NCBI RefSeq assembly: GCF_018350175.1
Contig: NC_058383.1
Location: 21,454,001 to 21,518,000 of the forward strand
DNA length: 64,000 nt
DNA from: Felis catus
Lineage: Eukaryota
Reading direction: 5' to 3'
Numbering within the stretch: the stretch's first letter is position 1; the number at the start of each line of letters is the position of its first letter. Positions 11,811 to 25,445 of this stretch are shown here, piece after piece. The notes beneath the pieces were generated by a model. The model did no database searches. It was not told the DNA's origin and saw nothing but the letters and a program-made list of their open reading frames with translations. Position numbers and translations under genes: made by a program.

Positions 11811-13631
11811 CAAGGTTTAAAACAAGTGTACCCTTACTTTCTTTGCTTAATAGACACTGACAGCCGTCTTTCCCCAAAATAGACAATTTTTAATTTTTTC
11901 TGCTAAGGTTGAAATGAATGTGTCCCATATTTGTATGGGAAAATCGGTGGAGGCATCATTTCTCACGGTGAAGCTTATCATTTCCTTAATTTGCATCATG
12001 CTTGTTCATCTCCTCTTAGAACCTTTTCACTACTCTCACGGCTTTTACCTTCTTGGACACGCTAGGATGTGTAACGTTCCTCAAACAACCCTAAAACACA
12101 CGAACACCTGTGACCGTGGACGTCACCTTTTAGAGACGGGCAGTATCGATCGGCCTTTGTGCTCATCGGTGGAGGACCATTGTTCGAAAAGCTTCCGGGC
12201 CAGTTTTGGGGGATCGTGGTTTGAGGACCACTGCAGTAGAATTGGGGGAGCCCATAGGTGCAGAAGGTTGAGGAAGCCAAGCTGGTGATTGAGGAGGTGT
12301 CCTGTGGTGGCAGGTGAGCCAGGACTGTGGAGGAAGGGGAAGGGACACGAGGGAAAGACGAGTCAGGAAGCAGGAAGCGATCGCAGCAGCCTAAGGGAGA
12401 GGTGATGGCCCCCAGAGCAGGACAATGGCGTGGGACTGACGTGAGAAACTATTGAGCACCATGGCTTTAGGGGCGAAGAAGGGAGGGGTTGGCGTGATTC
12501 GGGTTATGTCTGGATGTTATTTACTGAAATCGGTGACGCGGTGATTATTCGCTTTTCCATTCGTTTCAAATGCTTCTCTTTTTTGAACCCTAGAATTCTC
12601 ACACCTGCCTCGACTTTCTGTTGACTTTGTTTTCATTGACACGTGGCTTCGGGTGGGTGTGTTTGTGCGCACCGACACCACGCTGTGCTAATAATAACTG
12701 TGGATGTGTAATGTGTTCTCACTCTGGCAGAGCTGGGCTCCTTTGGCTTTCCTTTTTCAGTTGCTGTCTCCCATTTCTGTGTAGAAGTGAATTTTGGTAT
12801 CGTTTCTAGTTCCTAGAAAAATTCTATGATTGTGATTGGTCGAGAGCACATTAATCCATGTATTTAGTGGGTCCCTGCTATGGGGTGGGTCCTGAGAACC
12901 CCAAAATAAGTAAATCCCAGGCATCGGTGGCCTGGCATATCTGGGAACTAAACTTTGGGGAGGATTGATGTCCTTTCCCATGAGCCTGGCACGTCTCTTT
13001 CTACACACAAAGGTTTTCTGTGCTTCCTGAGGGCTTTGTTGTCATAGGAAGAGTGCCTGATTAGTTCAGTTGGCAAACGTGAGTGGTGTTCGTGTCTGTC
13101 TATATCTTTATGTACTAAATAAAGATGTGCTAAATGAGTCATAGCTGATCATTTTTGTGACTTCTTTGAATTTCTACATATGTATTATCTATGTTTTTAT
13201 TTCTCCTTTTCCTTTTCTTTCAGCAATTTCTTTTTCATCCCTCATTGAATTGGTTAAACTCGAAAATAATGTGTAGCTGTATAATTGTTTATAGAAATAT
13301 TGTCTAAAGGGCGTGTGATTTCACCCTAATGAGGCGTTCCAGAAATGTGGTAAGGTGAAGTCGTGTTTAAATGCGAATGTCCTAATCTGAGTGGTTCTCA
13401 GTGGAAATCTACAAGCATTCTCCCTCTGCTTTTGGAGCCACACACCTTGTAGTGTGTCTGATGTTTGAGCCTTTATTCCAAGGCTCAGTCATAAGATTGG
13501 CAGGCGTGTGGCTTAAAGGCAGAATACTGAATTGAGGGAGCCTAACCTTATGGAGAAAACAATCACAGTGCACTTGGACTGAGGAAGGACCTGGAAGAGA
13601 AATTTGAAATGGAGCCTATGTGGCAATAGGT

Positions 13632-13861
13632 TTTTATTTATTTTGTTAGTTTTAATTTTTAAAAGGTTTTTATTTTTGAGAGAGAGAGAGAAAATGTGAG
13701 CAGGGGAGGGGCAGAGAGAGAGGGAGACACAGAATCCGAAGCAGGCTCCAGGCTCTGAGCTGTCAGCACAGAGCCCAACACGGGGCTCAATCCTACAAAT
13801 CTCGAGATCGTGACAGGAGCTGACGTCGGATGCTTAATTGACTGAGCCACCCAGGCGCCCC
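13632..13861 (-). mobile_element. Can-SINE
   Basis: Full-length reverse copy. Confidence 0.9.
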
Positions 13862-14971
13862 GGCAACATATGTTAATATAACTTCTAAAGAAGTGATCAG
13901 CAGGTCACAGGGCAGTGGACTTAACTGCAGCCTTTGACTCTTAGAACAGTCTTTAGGAATAGAAACCTTGCTCCCTGTAGATGTTACATGGAGGTTCTGA
14001 TGGCCTCTCCCCCCCCCCCCAAATCATCCACACACACAGATTGGCAGAGAATTTCACGGACTCCACAGACCTCTTGAAGCCCACGGCCAAGAACCCCGGG
14101 CTAGTTCCTGGAAAGATGTGTCGTCACGGCCCCCACGCTAGAAACACATCTGTGGAGAAGCGCTGTTTACAGGTGTCTACCTCCGGTGTAGGTGGGTGGT
14201 GTTCCGCTGTTCTCCAGAACACACACTTGACGTCTGTGAGAGCCTTCCCCAGAAAAGCTGAGATGGGATATTCTCCACGATGAGATCTGGCGATCACATG
14301 AAATTACTTTCCCTGGATAATCGGCTTCTTTTGATAGTTAGTCCGTTCCATAATGTTTTCAAAGCTTTTAGGTGAGGGCTTAAGAAAACGAAGACTCCTG
14401 TGGGGAAGCTGGAGTCTAGAAAAGAGTAACTGGACTTGAGTCCGTGCGGTCCCCCGGCTCTCTGTCTGACCTTGGCCGCCTGAGCCTCCCGGCTGCGCTC
14501 CCACGCTGGTGAGACGGGGCTCCTGCTACCACCTGGGGACCGGCCCTGGGAGATTTAAGAAGGCGGTATGAGGTAAGGAGGCGTCAGAAGACAGGGAGGA
14601 AACAGTATGAAACAACAGGTTAGCACTGGAAAAAGTAGGCGGGTTAGATTGTACCTCACCATTAGGGGCCAAAGTCGATTCCAAATGGATGAAGAGTTTC
14701 AAGTGAAAACCCAGAACCACAGAACGGAGGAAAAGATGGAAAGTTCTTCACGCTCTGGCATAAAAGTACAGAGAATGAACAATAAAAGATAACCACGCAA
14801 ATAAAACCACCATTATAAACTTAACCACACAAGAATTAAACTTCTGTCTGCCTATCTCATAATTAAAATTATGGCCAACGACTAGGTGGAAACAGGAGCA
14901 GCCACAACGGAGCATTAAGATCTTTAATGTGTAAAGCTGTGTTATCGATCAGTTGAAAGAAGTGCACGACA

Positions 14972-15095
14972 GGGGCACCCGGGTGGCTCAGTTGGTCGAG
15001 CGTCTGACTCTTGATTTCAGCTCAGGTCATGATCCCAAGGTCATGGGATCAAGTCCCATGCTGGGCCCCACACTGAGCATGGAACCTGCTTAAGA

Positions 15096-15130
<35 letters not shown>

Positions 15131-15251
15131 TCTCTTCCTCTTCCTCCCTCCCTCCCTCCCTCCCTCCCTTCCTCAGTCCCTCCCTCCCTTCCTCAGTCCC
15201 TCTCTCCCTCCTGCTCTCTATCTCTTTCCCTCTGCCCCTCTCCTACACTAA

Positions 15252-15294
<43 letters not shown>

Positions 15295-15297
15295 AAA
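14972..15297 (+). mobile_element. Can-SINE with expanded CT/CCCT tract
   Basis: SINE head followed by about 195 nt of nearly pure pyrimidines. Confidence 0.88.
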
Positions 15298-15392
15298 GCA
15301 CACTATAGTGAGCAAATGCCATGAAGAGAATGCTCACAGATGAAATACAGATGACCAGTAAGTATATAAGACTCATTTCAAAATTGTAACTA

Positions 15393-15620
15393 GGGGCGCC
15401 TGGGTGGCGCAGTCGGTTAAGCGTCCGACTTCAGCCAGGTCACGATCTCACAGTCCATGAGTTCGAGCCCCACGTCAGGCTCTGGGCTGATGGCTCAGAG
15501 CCTGGAGCCTGCGTCCGATTCTGTGTCTCCCTCTCTCTCTGCCCCTCCCCCGTTCATGCTCTGTCTCTCCCTGTCCCAAAAATAAATAAACGTTGAAAAA
15601 AAAATTAAAAAAAAAAAAAA
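15393..15620 (+). mobile_element. Young SINEC_Fc
   Basis: TSD aaaattgtaacta. Confidence 0.95.
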
Positions 15621-15819
15621 TTGTAACTAACCGAAGAAACCCAAAGCTCTGAGACTGCATTTTTCACTTACTAAACTGGCACAGCTCAAAATGATGATAT
15701 GTTGCTGTCTTGGGAGAACTGACGAAGGCCGTCACACAGCCATACACAGGTGGGAATATAAACTGGCATTCCTTTCCAGAAAGAAATCTGCCTTGGCGTT
15801 TTAAGAACCATTTCTAAAA

Positions 15820-17270
15820 TTGGAACCCAAATCGTCCACCTCATCCTCCAGTCTCTTGTCTTTTTGGATTCCTTTCCTGAACAGTCCCCCTCTGTGCTTT
15901 GCTGGGTCCCTTTCCTTCTCTGACCTCAGTCAGTCACAGAGGGTGTCTTTCACATCCCTTCCAGCCGTCTGTCCAGCCGGCCTCTTTCCTTCACCTGTTG
16001 CGCAGAGCCACAGCCAGGCTCGTTCATCTGGGGCTTCTTGGCGCCTGTACCTGGGATGCAGGGCGTGGTCCAGAAAGATCGTCTCATGTGGAGGGTCAGG
16101 CCGGCCCAACTGTCACGGCCTCCAAGCTCAGCTGGGCTTTAAAGACTGCCTTCCAGCCCTTGGCGCAGTTTCCCGTCCCGTTTTTCTAAGCCTTGTTGCC
16201 AGACTTTTACTTCCCTCAAACCTACTCCACCCCTTCTGCAGACACACCCACTCTCCTGGGCCTGAATACCTGCCTCCCAGTTCCCAGAGAAGACCTGCTG
16301 CCGCCACCTTCCCTGCCGTCAAGGTCATTACCTCCCGCACACACACCGCTCTCCCCCTCCCCGGCGGCTTCCCTCCTCGGCCTTCCTCTGGCCACTCTGC
16401 ATTTCCAGCTTCCCTCTCTCCACTGGCTCTTTTCTGCCACTCGCGATGTTCAGGTTTGCGACAGCTCGCGTCTCTCTTCACGTGGCTTTGCTTCTCTGTC
16501 TGCGCTCGCTAGGCGCCCTGCGTCTTGGCTCCCGGGAGCCACCGCCCTCACACCTTCCTGCCCTCCCTGCCACACTGCATTCTCGGCCGGTCCTTCATCC
16601 TTGCTCTGGTGGCCCACACTCCCGGCTTCTTGGGCTTCTTCCCCGGCCTCCCTGCTGCTCTCTGCTCTTGGGCTGCTCTTGCGCTGCGTTGCCCCTAAGG
16701 CTTCTGTGCTTAGCCTTCGTCTTCTCCCCAGATCTGCGTTCCGAGCAAACTCCCCCAAAGCAGTGTTTTTTGCTGCTCCTGCTAACACGCTCTGAGTTTC
16801 CTTTCCGGGCGCCTCTGCTGTGCTTCGGAACCTCGTAGCAGGAAACACACCGGACGTCTCCACTGCACGCTCAATCGACCCCTTAAATCCGGCATTTCCG
16901 GAGCTGACCGTGTTGACCCCAACCTCAGAGGCTCCCAGACTTTCTCTGGAGTTGAAGAGCCTCGCTGTCTAGCCGGTCACTCAGCGTGGAAACATGGTGG
17001 CCATTCTAGGGGATTCCTTCTCCCTCTCCATCCACGCCACGTCACGAAGTCCTGCGTGTTGTATCTTTGTAATAGCTCTCTGTCGCCTCCCCTCCTTATC
17101 CGCTGCTTTTGGGCGGAGGGATGGGGGGGGCTCCTTATTCTCACTTGGATCTCCCATTCTCCCTCCGGTCTCTTCATTCTCAACTCCTCAGTTTCCCTGC
17201 GCACCGGTGTGTCTTCCCTCCCCAGCCCTCCACGCACCTTCCACACTGTTGCCAGGAAGATCCTTCCAAA
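15820..17270. mobile_element. Probable degraded L2 fragments
   Basis: C/T-skewed sequence with aaggtcatta and tcacttggatctccc L2-like motifs. Confidence 0.45.
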
Positions 17271-17284
17271 GAAAATAATCGTAA

Positions 17285-17500
17285 CACTGCTAGCTTACGT
17301 GTGTTTGGGTGCTTACCATCTGCCAGGCCTTTTCCCAAGTGCTAGTCTTGTGTTGACTCATTTAATACCAAAATCAGTGCTGTATTATCCCCTTTTACAG
17401 GTGAGAAAACAGAGGCCCAGAGAGCTTCAGTTAAGTTGTCCCAGGTCACAGAACCAGCAAGTCTGTCTGCAGAGTCTACACTCTCAGCCACTTACGTCAT
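17285..17500 (-). mobile_element. MIR
   Basis: tattatccccttttacaggtgagaaaacagaggcccagagag...ccaggtcacag core. Confidence 0.85.
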
Positions 17501-18422
17501 AACAACAAAAACCACATTTTGAGCTTTCTAGGAATTAGCTCGTTGCGTATATCATCTCTTTTAATCCACTCAGTTCTGGAAGTTGGAAATTCTTAACATC
17601 TCCACTTTTCGGACGAGGAAACGGGCACGGAGACATGAAGTAACCCGCTCATACTTACACGGCTTTTAGGTGGTGGACGGGGCTTTGACCCGCAGCAGAT
17701 GTGCTCTGGGCTGTCAGTCTTAGCCACCTCACCCGCCCACAAGGGGCCAGCACCTTCTGAACTCACACTTTCATGAGTATTTTTCTGTTCTTCTGGGTTG
17801 TGGGTGGCAAAGGAGGTATCCTTGTGTGAGATGTTCATGCTACTAAGAGTGTGATGAGAAAAGACCAGCGCCTGTTCAAGTGATATCCAGATGGAATGGG
17901 ACGCTTTGCCCAGTAATGCCATTGAATTTCCTGTGCCAGTTGAACATGCTTCATTCTGTTTTTCCCTCCTGCCTTTGTAGGCGTTGATCGTGTAATTTGG
18001 GATTTTTCATAAATCCTTAGGAACACAACTACCATAGTAATATGTTATAGCACAACAGCTTGTCTCCACCAGTAGGTTCCTGAAATTATCCAGGGTAGGA
18101 AAATTCTCTCGTGAACTTAAGACATTCTGGGAGACATTTTTGTTTCAGGTGACTGGGTGAACACGTGTGTATTTCTTCTCTCTCATTACAGTCCACTGAA
18201 ACGTTAGGTATTTAAAAAAAAAAAAATCTGGGAATTAGAAAAGATGGTACTAAAAGCCATTCAGAAAAAGTCCCAGATGACTGATTAAGAAGCAGCCCTG
18301 TCCTGCTCATTGTCCAAGGCAGGACAATAGGATGTAAGAAAATCCTCAGAAAGGCTCGTACATCCATTAAAAAAAAAAAAAGCAAGCTACTGAGAAAAAG
18401 GTACAGAGTTCTTGGCAATTAA

Positions 18423-18630
18423 TTTTTTTTTTCAACGTTTATTTTTTGGGACAGAGAGAGACAGCATGAACGGGGGAGGGGCAGAGAGAGAGGGAGACAC
18501 AGAATCGGAAACAGGCTCCAGGCTCTGAGCCATCAGCCCAGAGCCCGACGCGGGGCTCGAACTCACGGACCGCGAGATCGTGACCTGGCTGAAGTCAGAC
18601 GCTTAACCGACTGCGCCACCCAGGCGCCCC
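18423..18630 (-). mobile_element. Young SINEC_Fc
   Basis: Perfect TSD acagagttcttggcaattaa at 18403-18422 and 18631-18650. Confidence 0.96.
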
Positions 18631-18948
18631 ACAGAGTTCTTGGCAATTAAAAAATCTGTCACCAGTTCATAAAAAGTCTTAGGACACTAAGCAAAGAAAC
18701 GGTCTTTGGAAAAGCAGTGAAGCAAGTTTCTGTGTTCTTTGATTTCTCATATAAGACTCCCCCAAAAGTACATCGTCAGGAATAGCACTCATAAAACAGG
18801 CCATTACACAGTCAGAGGAGCGTCCCTCCTCTTCCTGCAAGCCTCCCGTCCTATTAATGTGACTAAGTTACGTTGACTTTCACACAAAAAGACTGCTATC
18901 TTTTAGCCTTCCTGGCAGCCCTAAAGATTTTTTTTTTTTTTTTTATCC

Positions 18949-19172
18949 CAGTGGTTCTTAACCGGAAGCAGTTTTGCCGTCCTCCTCGCCCCCTGATCTG
19001 GCAGTGTCTCCAGATGGTTTTGCTTGTCCCTGCTGGGGAGAGGGGGACATGTTGCCACTGGGTTTTAAGCGTGTAAGGGCCAGGGATGCTGTTAACATTC
19101 TACAGTGTTCTGGACAGCCCACAGGAAGGAATTATTTAGACCAAAATGTCAAAAGTGCCAAGGCTGGGAAAT
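18949..19172 (+). mobile_element. MER20
   Basis: cagtggttcttaacc...ggccagggatgctg...ccaaaatgtcaaaagtgcc. Confidence 0.85.
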
Positions 19173-19659
19173 AGTTAACTGTAAATTGCCAAGCCGACTT
19201 GCAACCAGAACTTTTCCTTAATCTCCCAAGATGTCAGAGACCTAAGAAGTTAAAAGCTGCAAGCTGAAAGTTGGCAGTCTTCTCTTTATGCTAAACTATC
19301 CTAATACTTTACGAGAAAGTAGATAAATCTCTAACAAACACTTCTTGTGCCCGATGTGCCCGCACAGTGAAGCTTAAGGCGTGACATCAAGAATAACATT
19401 TAGCCTGGGGGAAAAAAAACATCCGTAGTTGGACTGTTTGGTACATCTTTCTGTCGTCGCTGTCAGTCTGTCTGGTTCTCTTTCCCAGGGTGCCTGGGTG
19501 CAGTCTCACAGCCCTCCTTTGACCGGGACTGCAGACAGCCATGACGAGTCAGTGCTGGCATCATCCTTCCCTAAGAGCTATCCCCACCCAGACTGGTCCA
19601 GTATAGACGGCAGATGCCTAAATTCTTTCCTTCTCCGCCTCCCTCTCCCTCCCCTCCGC

Positions 19660-21000
19660 ACGACCGTGCCGTGGTGAGGTCTTCAGGAGATGAGATCTCT
19701 TTAACCTTTGTCTCTTTGATAAATGTCATTATTTTAGGGTTGCCTGGCTGGCTCAGTTGGTAGAGCACGTGACTCTATCTTGGGGTCGTGAGTTCGAGCC
19801 CCACATCGGGTGTAGAGATTACTTACAAAAATGTTACTAGTTTTGTCTTCATCTTTGAAATATTGGCATTTGGTGTGCAATTGCAGGTTGACTGGTTTGT
19901 TCGTTTTTTCTTCCTTTAGCACTTTAAAATGCCACTCTGTTGTCACTTGGTCCTACTGTTTCTGATGATGAGTCAGCCGTCATTCCTGTGTTGCTCCCCT
20001 GCACGTTAAGTGCCTCTATTTTTTTTTTTTTTTTTTTCTGTCTGCCTTCAAGATTTTCTCTTTCTCTTTCTCAACACTTCAACCTTGAGCCTTTTAGGTG
20101 TGTTGTTCTCTGTGTTTATCCTGCTTGGAGTTCTTGGAGTTCTGAATAAGTAGATTGGTATTGTTCATTAAATTTGGATACTTCCCAGCCATTGTGTATT
20201 CAGTAGTTCTCTGCCCCAGTGTTCTTGGATATTGTTCCAATTTTCTTCCTCTTTGTATTTTCATGTGGATCATTTTTAAAAATTTTTTTCATGTTTTTAT
20301 TTATTTTATTTATTTTTTTTTTAATTTTTTTTCAACGTTTATTTTATTTTTGGGACAGAGAGAGACAGAGCATGAATGGGGGAGGGGCAGAGAGAGAGGG
20401 AGACACAGAATCAGAAACAGGCTCCAGGCTCTGAGCCATCAGCCCAGAGCCTGACGCGGGGCTCGAACTCACGGACCGCGAGATCGTGACCTGGCTGAAG
20501 TCGGACGCTTAACCGACTGCGCCACCCAGGTGCCCCATGTTTTTATTTATTTTCGAGAGAGAGCACAAGTGGGGAAGCGGCAGAGAGAGAGACAGAGACA
20601 GAGACAGAGACAGAGACAGAGAGAGGGAAACACAGAATCCAAAGCGGGCTTCAGGCTCCGAGCTGTCAGCACAGAGCCCGATGCGGGGCTCAAACCCACA
20701 AACTGTGAGATCATGACCTGAGCCAAAGTCAGACGCTTAACTGGCTTGAGACACCTGGGTGCCCCTCGTTTGGATAATTTCTTTCAACTTCCAAACCTCT
20801 GATGAAACCCCTCATCTACTCATTCATTCGGCCCGCCTTTTTCACTAGATGCTCTAAGGTACTTACTGTAATTGAGTTCCTGCAAAATAATTCCAACATC
20901 TTGGCCGTCTTTGGATCTAGTTCCATTGACTGTGTGTCCTGATAATGCATAGTTTCTATTTTTCTCCTGTGGTGAGTTTTGACGGGATGCTAGCCACGTG
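19660..21000 (-). mobile_element. Old antisense L1M/HAL1-like remnant containing a short tRNA-like Can-SINE (19737-19830) and two nested SINEs
   Basis: tctgccttcaagattttctctt and tgtgtttatcctgcttggagttc motifs. Confidence 0.55.
20308..20765 (-). mobile_element. Young SINEC_Fc (20308-20536) inserted in the tail of an older Can-SINE (to 20765)
   Basis: TSD atgtttttatttatttt at 20291-20307 and 20537-20553. Confidence 0.92.
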
Positions 21001-21739
21001 TAGACACTGAGAGTGCCACACCTCTTGTGTCAGGCTGTTCGTGCAGGCACTCAGCTCTGCTAGTCTGTTGTTGCAGGAGTCTGGGCTCTGCTGTGGCTCT
21101 GGGCGCATTCAGTTCGCCACAGGCTTCCGCTTATTTGAGGGTCGGATGAAAATGTCTCCTTTGGCAGCTCTTGTTTATCTCAGTTGTCCTGCCTTACCCC
21201 CAAACTTAGTAGGACTTGTGTGCCTGCCTCAGGAGAGCTAGAACTCTCCTCAGCTCTCGTGCCCTCCCTACGGTAGTGGACCAGTGCCCGATACTCATTT
21301 TGAGGTGCAGAGGCCGGCAGGGACCACTCCTCCTCTCGGTCGTTCCCAACGCTCTTCAGCAGGCTCTGCCTGTCTGAGCCTCGGATGGTCCTAGGGTCGG
21401 GGGTGTCGTCAGCTGTCCCTTGCCCTCCTTCCGTGGTGGGCGGCCATGACCTCCCGCTCCCCCTCAGACTCCAGCAGGCCCCACACACCCAAGCCTTAAG
21501 AGGGGTTCCGGGGCCCGCGGTTCTCCCACCCCCGTTATCGCCTTGCGTGTGTTCTTCCCGCGCTCTCTTTCCCACCTCCGTCCTCACTGCCTTCACATAC
21601 CCTTCCTCAGCACCCAAGCTTGTAAATCCAGCTCACGGAGTAGGTCTCAAGAGCCATCACCAGTTTCAGAAAACCTTCCTGCTCTCTCAGGCCTGCATCA
21701 GATGCCCTCCCATCACTTCTAACCTTTGGTAAGTTATCA

Positions 21740-22080
21740 TCATCTCTGCGTCTAGGTTTCTCATCTCCAGAATGGGTATGGTGATAGCATCGATGGCTTA
21801 GTTATCTTGAGGATTCAGTGAGTCCACACGTGCAAAGCACTCGGAACACAGAGGCGAAGAACGGGATCTCGGGAGCAAAACTGCCCAGACTCAGCGCCCT
21901 CCCGTGAAACCTGGAGCAGGTCACATCACTTTTCAGTGCCTCCGTTTCCTCCTACCTAACGTGGAGATAACGATACTTACCCCCTGGATGTTACCGCCAA
22001 TGTCAAGGGGATTAACTCTTACGAAGCACCTGGACCAGTGCCAAGCACATAGTATGAGCTCAGTAAACGTTAGTTAGCTG
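21740..22080 (+). mobile_element. MIR fragments
   Basis: tcagtgcctccgtttcctc...gtgccaagcacatagta. Confidence 0.7.
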
Positions 22081-24997
22081 TGATGGTGGTGACGACAGCC
22101 CTCTCCTCTCGGAGGCCCTGTGCCTCACTCACTGCGCTGGAGCATAATCGCTTACTTTCCTTGACAGCCCTTGCGCCCAGTCAGCACAGGGGCCGTGACT
22201 CTTACTCGCGATGGCTCACGGAAGGGACTCCAACACATATTTGCTCAGTGACTAACTGAATGAAAAGGTTAGTGGCAAAGTATGCATGACAGCCTGTGGG
22301 GTCGAATGCAGCGATGGGCCGTACTGTTCCACTCAGGGACCATTTCATCATTCTGAATATCCTTTGGAGGAAAAGCCTCTTTTTAAGGGTAAAAAAAAAA
22401 AAAGCTCGCGTTCTGTTTTGAGTCATCAATAGCGTCCTTCCCTCCATCAAGCCACGGTGTTGGAACACTCTTTTCTTTGACCTTTAAAAAAGGGCAAGTG
22501 AAGATTTATGGTGTTCTCCACCCAGAATCTCGCCGTCATCCAGCAAAAGAGCCTCACCCCAGTTTTCCAGGTGAACATTTTTTCCCTTCATTTTCTGCAC
22601 CATGCTGATCATGGAACTTTCTGGGCTACGTCTGAAATGTGTTCTCCTCCTAGACACTTAGAGGATCCACAGTTACTCCAAATTCTCTGCCTTGCATGCC
22701 TTGAAAAATATGTAGCATTTATTGTTGTTTATAGAGATACGACCGTACATTTGCAAAGCACAGCTCTGAAGGTTTCAAATATTCTCTTTTCTCACAAATA
22801 TTCTGTTTTTTTGCAATCTCTTAAAAGTTGCATAAGATGGTTGATGCAAACGTAAATAAAGTGAGGTACAGGAATGTCATGAGTTGTATTTTTAGAGCAT
22901 ATGGTTAGTTTGTGGTGGAGCTGGGACCAGAATCTGGCGTGAAAACAAATGAGGAGAGAGTCCACTTTGGTCAGGGACCTTAAAACTGCTCTTCCTGAGG
23001 GTCCAAAGGCTTCAGTTCCCATGTCATTTATTTAACGGGTGGCTGCCCCAGTTTCCACACCCGTGAGATAGGGATAAAAATTGCCCCATAAGGGTACATG
23101 TAAGAGAATAAAATGAAATAATTATGCAAAAGTGCTTTCATAACAGAGAGGAATGTACGAATGCAAGCTTAATCTAGTATTGGAAAGCTGGTTGATTGCC
23201 TGAGTTATGGTCCATGAATTCTAGCTTCTGTTCTGATTTTTTTCCTGATGAGAGAGACCTCCACATTTTATAGGTTTTCCTTGAACTTTTTAAAGCATTT
23301 TTCAAGTTGATGGTTTATAGTCAGTGAGTCAGTCCTACCATTTCTTTTAAAATAGCAGCATGGCATTGGCCCAGATCAGACTGGTAGGGCTTCCTGCCTG
23401 TGTTCTTGTTCACTCCCTGAATAACTGCAGAGGCCCTCAAATGTTCTCCTACCTTTGGCCTGTCCTCCAGTGTCAGAATTTTCATTCTGAAACTCAAATC
23501 TGATGCCACTCCAGGACAGAGAAACCATCAATGGCTCCCTGTTGCCCCTTAGTTCCTGGTTCTTGGTTCTTTTCAGCCAGGCCCCCCTCTCCTCTTCTTC
23601 TGTGCCCTAGTGTAGGACCCTTTGCGCATTCCGTCTCCCATACTGTTGGGTCTACTTAGGCTGCTTCCCTGTAAAGCCTTCCCTGGCCACACAATCCATT
23701 CTGCTTCTCTCTCTGCTCCCAGAAACTCGGAACAAAGTTGGTTCTTTACATTTCTGTCTTTCCTTTTAGTTCCCAAGGGTGGGGACTGCGGCTCATTTCT
23801 CTCCTTCTAGCCTCCCCAGTTCTTGACATTTAGAGAGGGCTCCACGAATACCGGCTGAATGAATGAAGATCTACACATCTCATAGCAAGGTCATCCTAAG
23901 ATGGTTTCCGTCCAGAGAGTTCTTTGGCCCTCTGGGAAGGCACACCTGAGAACCACCAGGGCTGGCATTTTTATAGCCTCATTCCCAGCGGCATCAGGCA
24001 CAGAGGACTGAGACGTTGATCCTTTGATGAAGGGTTTTTGCTAACTCACCACATACTAGGTCTCTGAGTTTCTGTGCGTTACATGCCTGTGATTCTGTTT
24101 GGGGGCCTCCAGCCCACGCAGTGTGACCACAACCAACTCTTTGTTGTAGTTGAACGGGCTGCCCGCTTCTGTTGTGGTTTTATCTTTGCGTGGCCTGCAC
24201 TCGGCTGTAACTTCTGGGAGAAGCTAGAACGCTTGGTCACTGCAGAAACCTTCCACGGATAAGACTTAGCTTGGGAGTTATCTGAAGGTGGCGGTCATCT
24301 GTCGTACTGCTCCGGACAGCTGACGTTCCGTGAACCCTCACCCAGGACCACATTAATGAGCTGAAGGAGATGAATGGCGTCACTAAACGATCACTGTGGT
24401 GGCGGCATTATCATGACCATCATTCCCATTTGACTGTGGAAGGCATGGGCACTCATATTTGCAGCGACCAAGCAACAGCACTGGGACTCCCAAGTCAGAT
24501 CTGTCTGACCCCAGAGCCCTGACTCAGCTCGTACTGCATTCCGTCTCCTTCCTTGCCTGCGGTGAACCTTAGAGTCCGCCAGCCCTCGGGTTCTTATCTT
24601 TCAGCCTGCAAAGGCAGGAGCGTGAGCTCGGTTGTGAGTCACACACATCAGACCCCGTTCCAGGCAGTACTGACCCAGCAAGGGTGTGGCCGCGGCCCGT
24701 TCTATGGGAGCACCTCTGTTTTTGCTACTGCCAGCCATTTACTGCTGGACCCTCTTTCTGTCGTGTCCTGGTGGTTACCGCGCCACCTGCCAGCTTCGGT
24801 CCTCTGACCCTCCTCCCTCGGGGGTTCTCAACCCTCGCTGTACTTGGGAATGGCCTGGGAAGCTTTACAACAGAATGCCCGGCCCTACCCCCAGAGGTTC
24901 CATTCGGTCATTCCTGCTTGGGGTCCGGGTATTAATCTTTCTGAAACCACCTTGGGATGTCATAGAATTCGCACGTTTTAAGTGCAACACTCAGTGA

Positions 24998-25238
24998 TTT
25001 CTTTCTTTCTTTTCCTTTTTTAATGTTTATGTTTATTTTTGAGACAGAGAGAGAGAGACAGACAGCGTGCAAGCAGGGCAGGAACAGAGAGAGAGGAAGA
25101 CACAGAATCCGAAGCAGGCTCCAGGCTCTGAGCTGTCGGCATGGAGCCTGATGTGGGGCTTGAGCTCACCAACTGCGAGATCATGACCTGAGCCGAACGC
25201 AGTCAGACGCTTAACTGACTGAGCCACCCAGGCGCCCC
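24998..25238 (-). mobile_element. Can-SINE within an antisense L1MB-like 3' fragment
   Basis: Reverse SINE; flanks read aagtgcaacactcagtg...ctaatctgctttctg. Confidence 0.85.
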
Positions 25239-25445
25239 CAAAACTCGGTGATTTCTTAGCAAACCGACAGCATCGTGTGACCGTCACCACAGTCTGATTT
25301 TACAAAAGTTCTCTCACCCCGATGAGATCCCTTAGGCCATTTTAGAGTCAGTGCCCAGTTCCACCCCTGCCCTCAGTTAACACTAATCTGCTTTCTGCCT
25401 CTGTAGATTTGCTTTTTCTGGCCATTTCATACAAATGGAATCATC

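Larger units (their letters stand above)
14590..15810 (+). mobile_element. Degraded L1M ORF2/3' remnant interrupted by two Can-SINEs
   Basis: gtacctcacc...ttccaaatggat...; aactcattt...; ataaactggc motifs resemble late L1 ORF2. Confidence 0.5.

Noticed and set aside
15820..16863. Cluster of 130-230 aa ORFs
   Set aside because: Low-complexity C/T-rich sequence, probably L2-derived, with no protein family signal
19737..19830. tRNA-like sequences with A/B boxes (also near 34540, 51304, 53643, 61447)
   Set aside because: Short tRNA-derived Can-SINE variants with A tails, not intact tRNA genes
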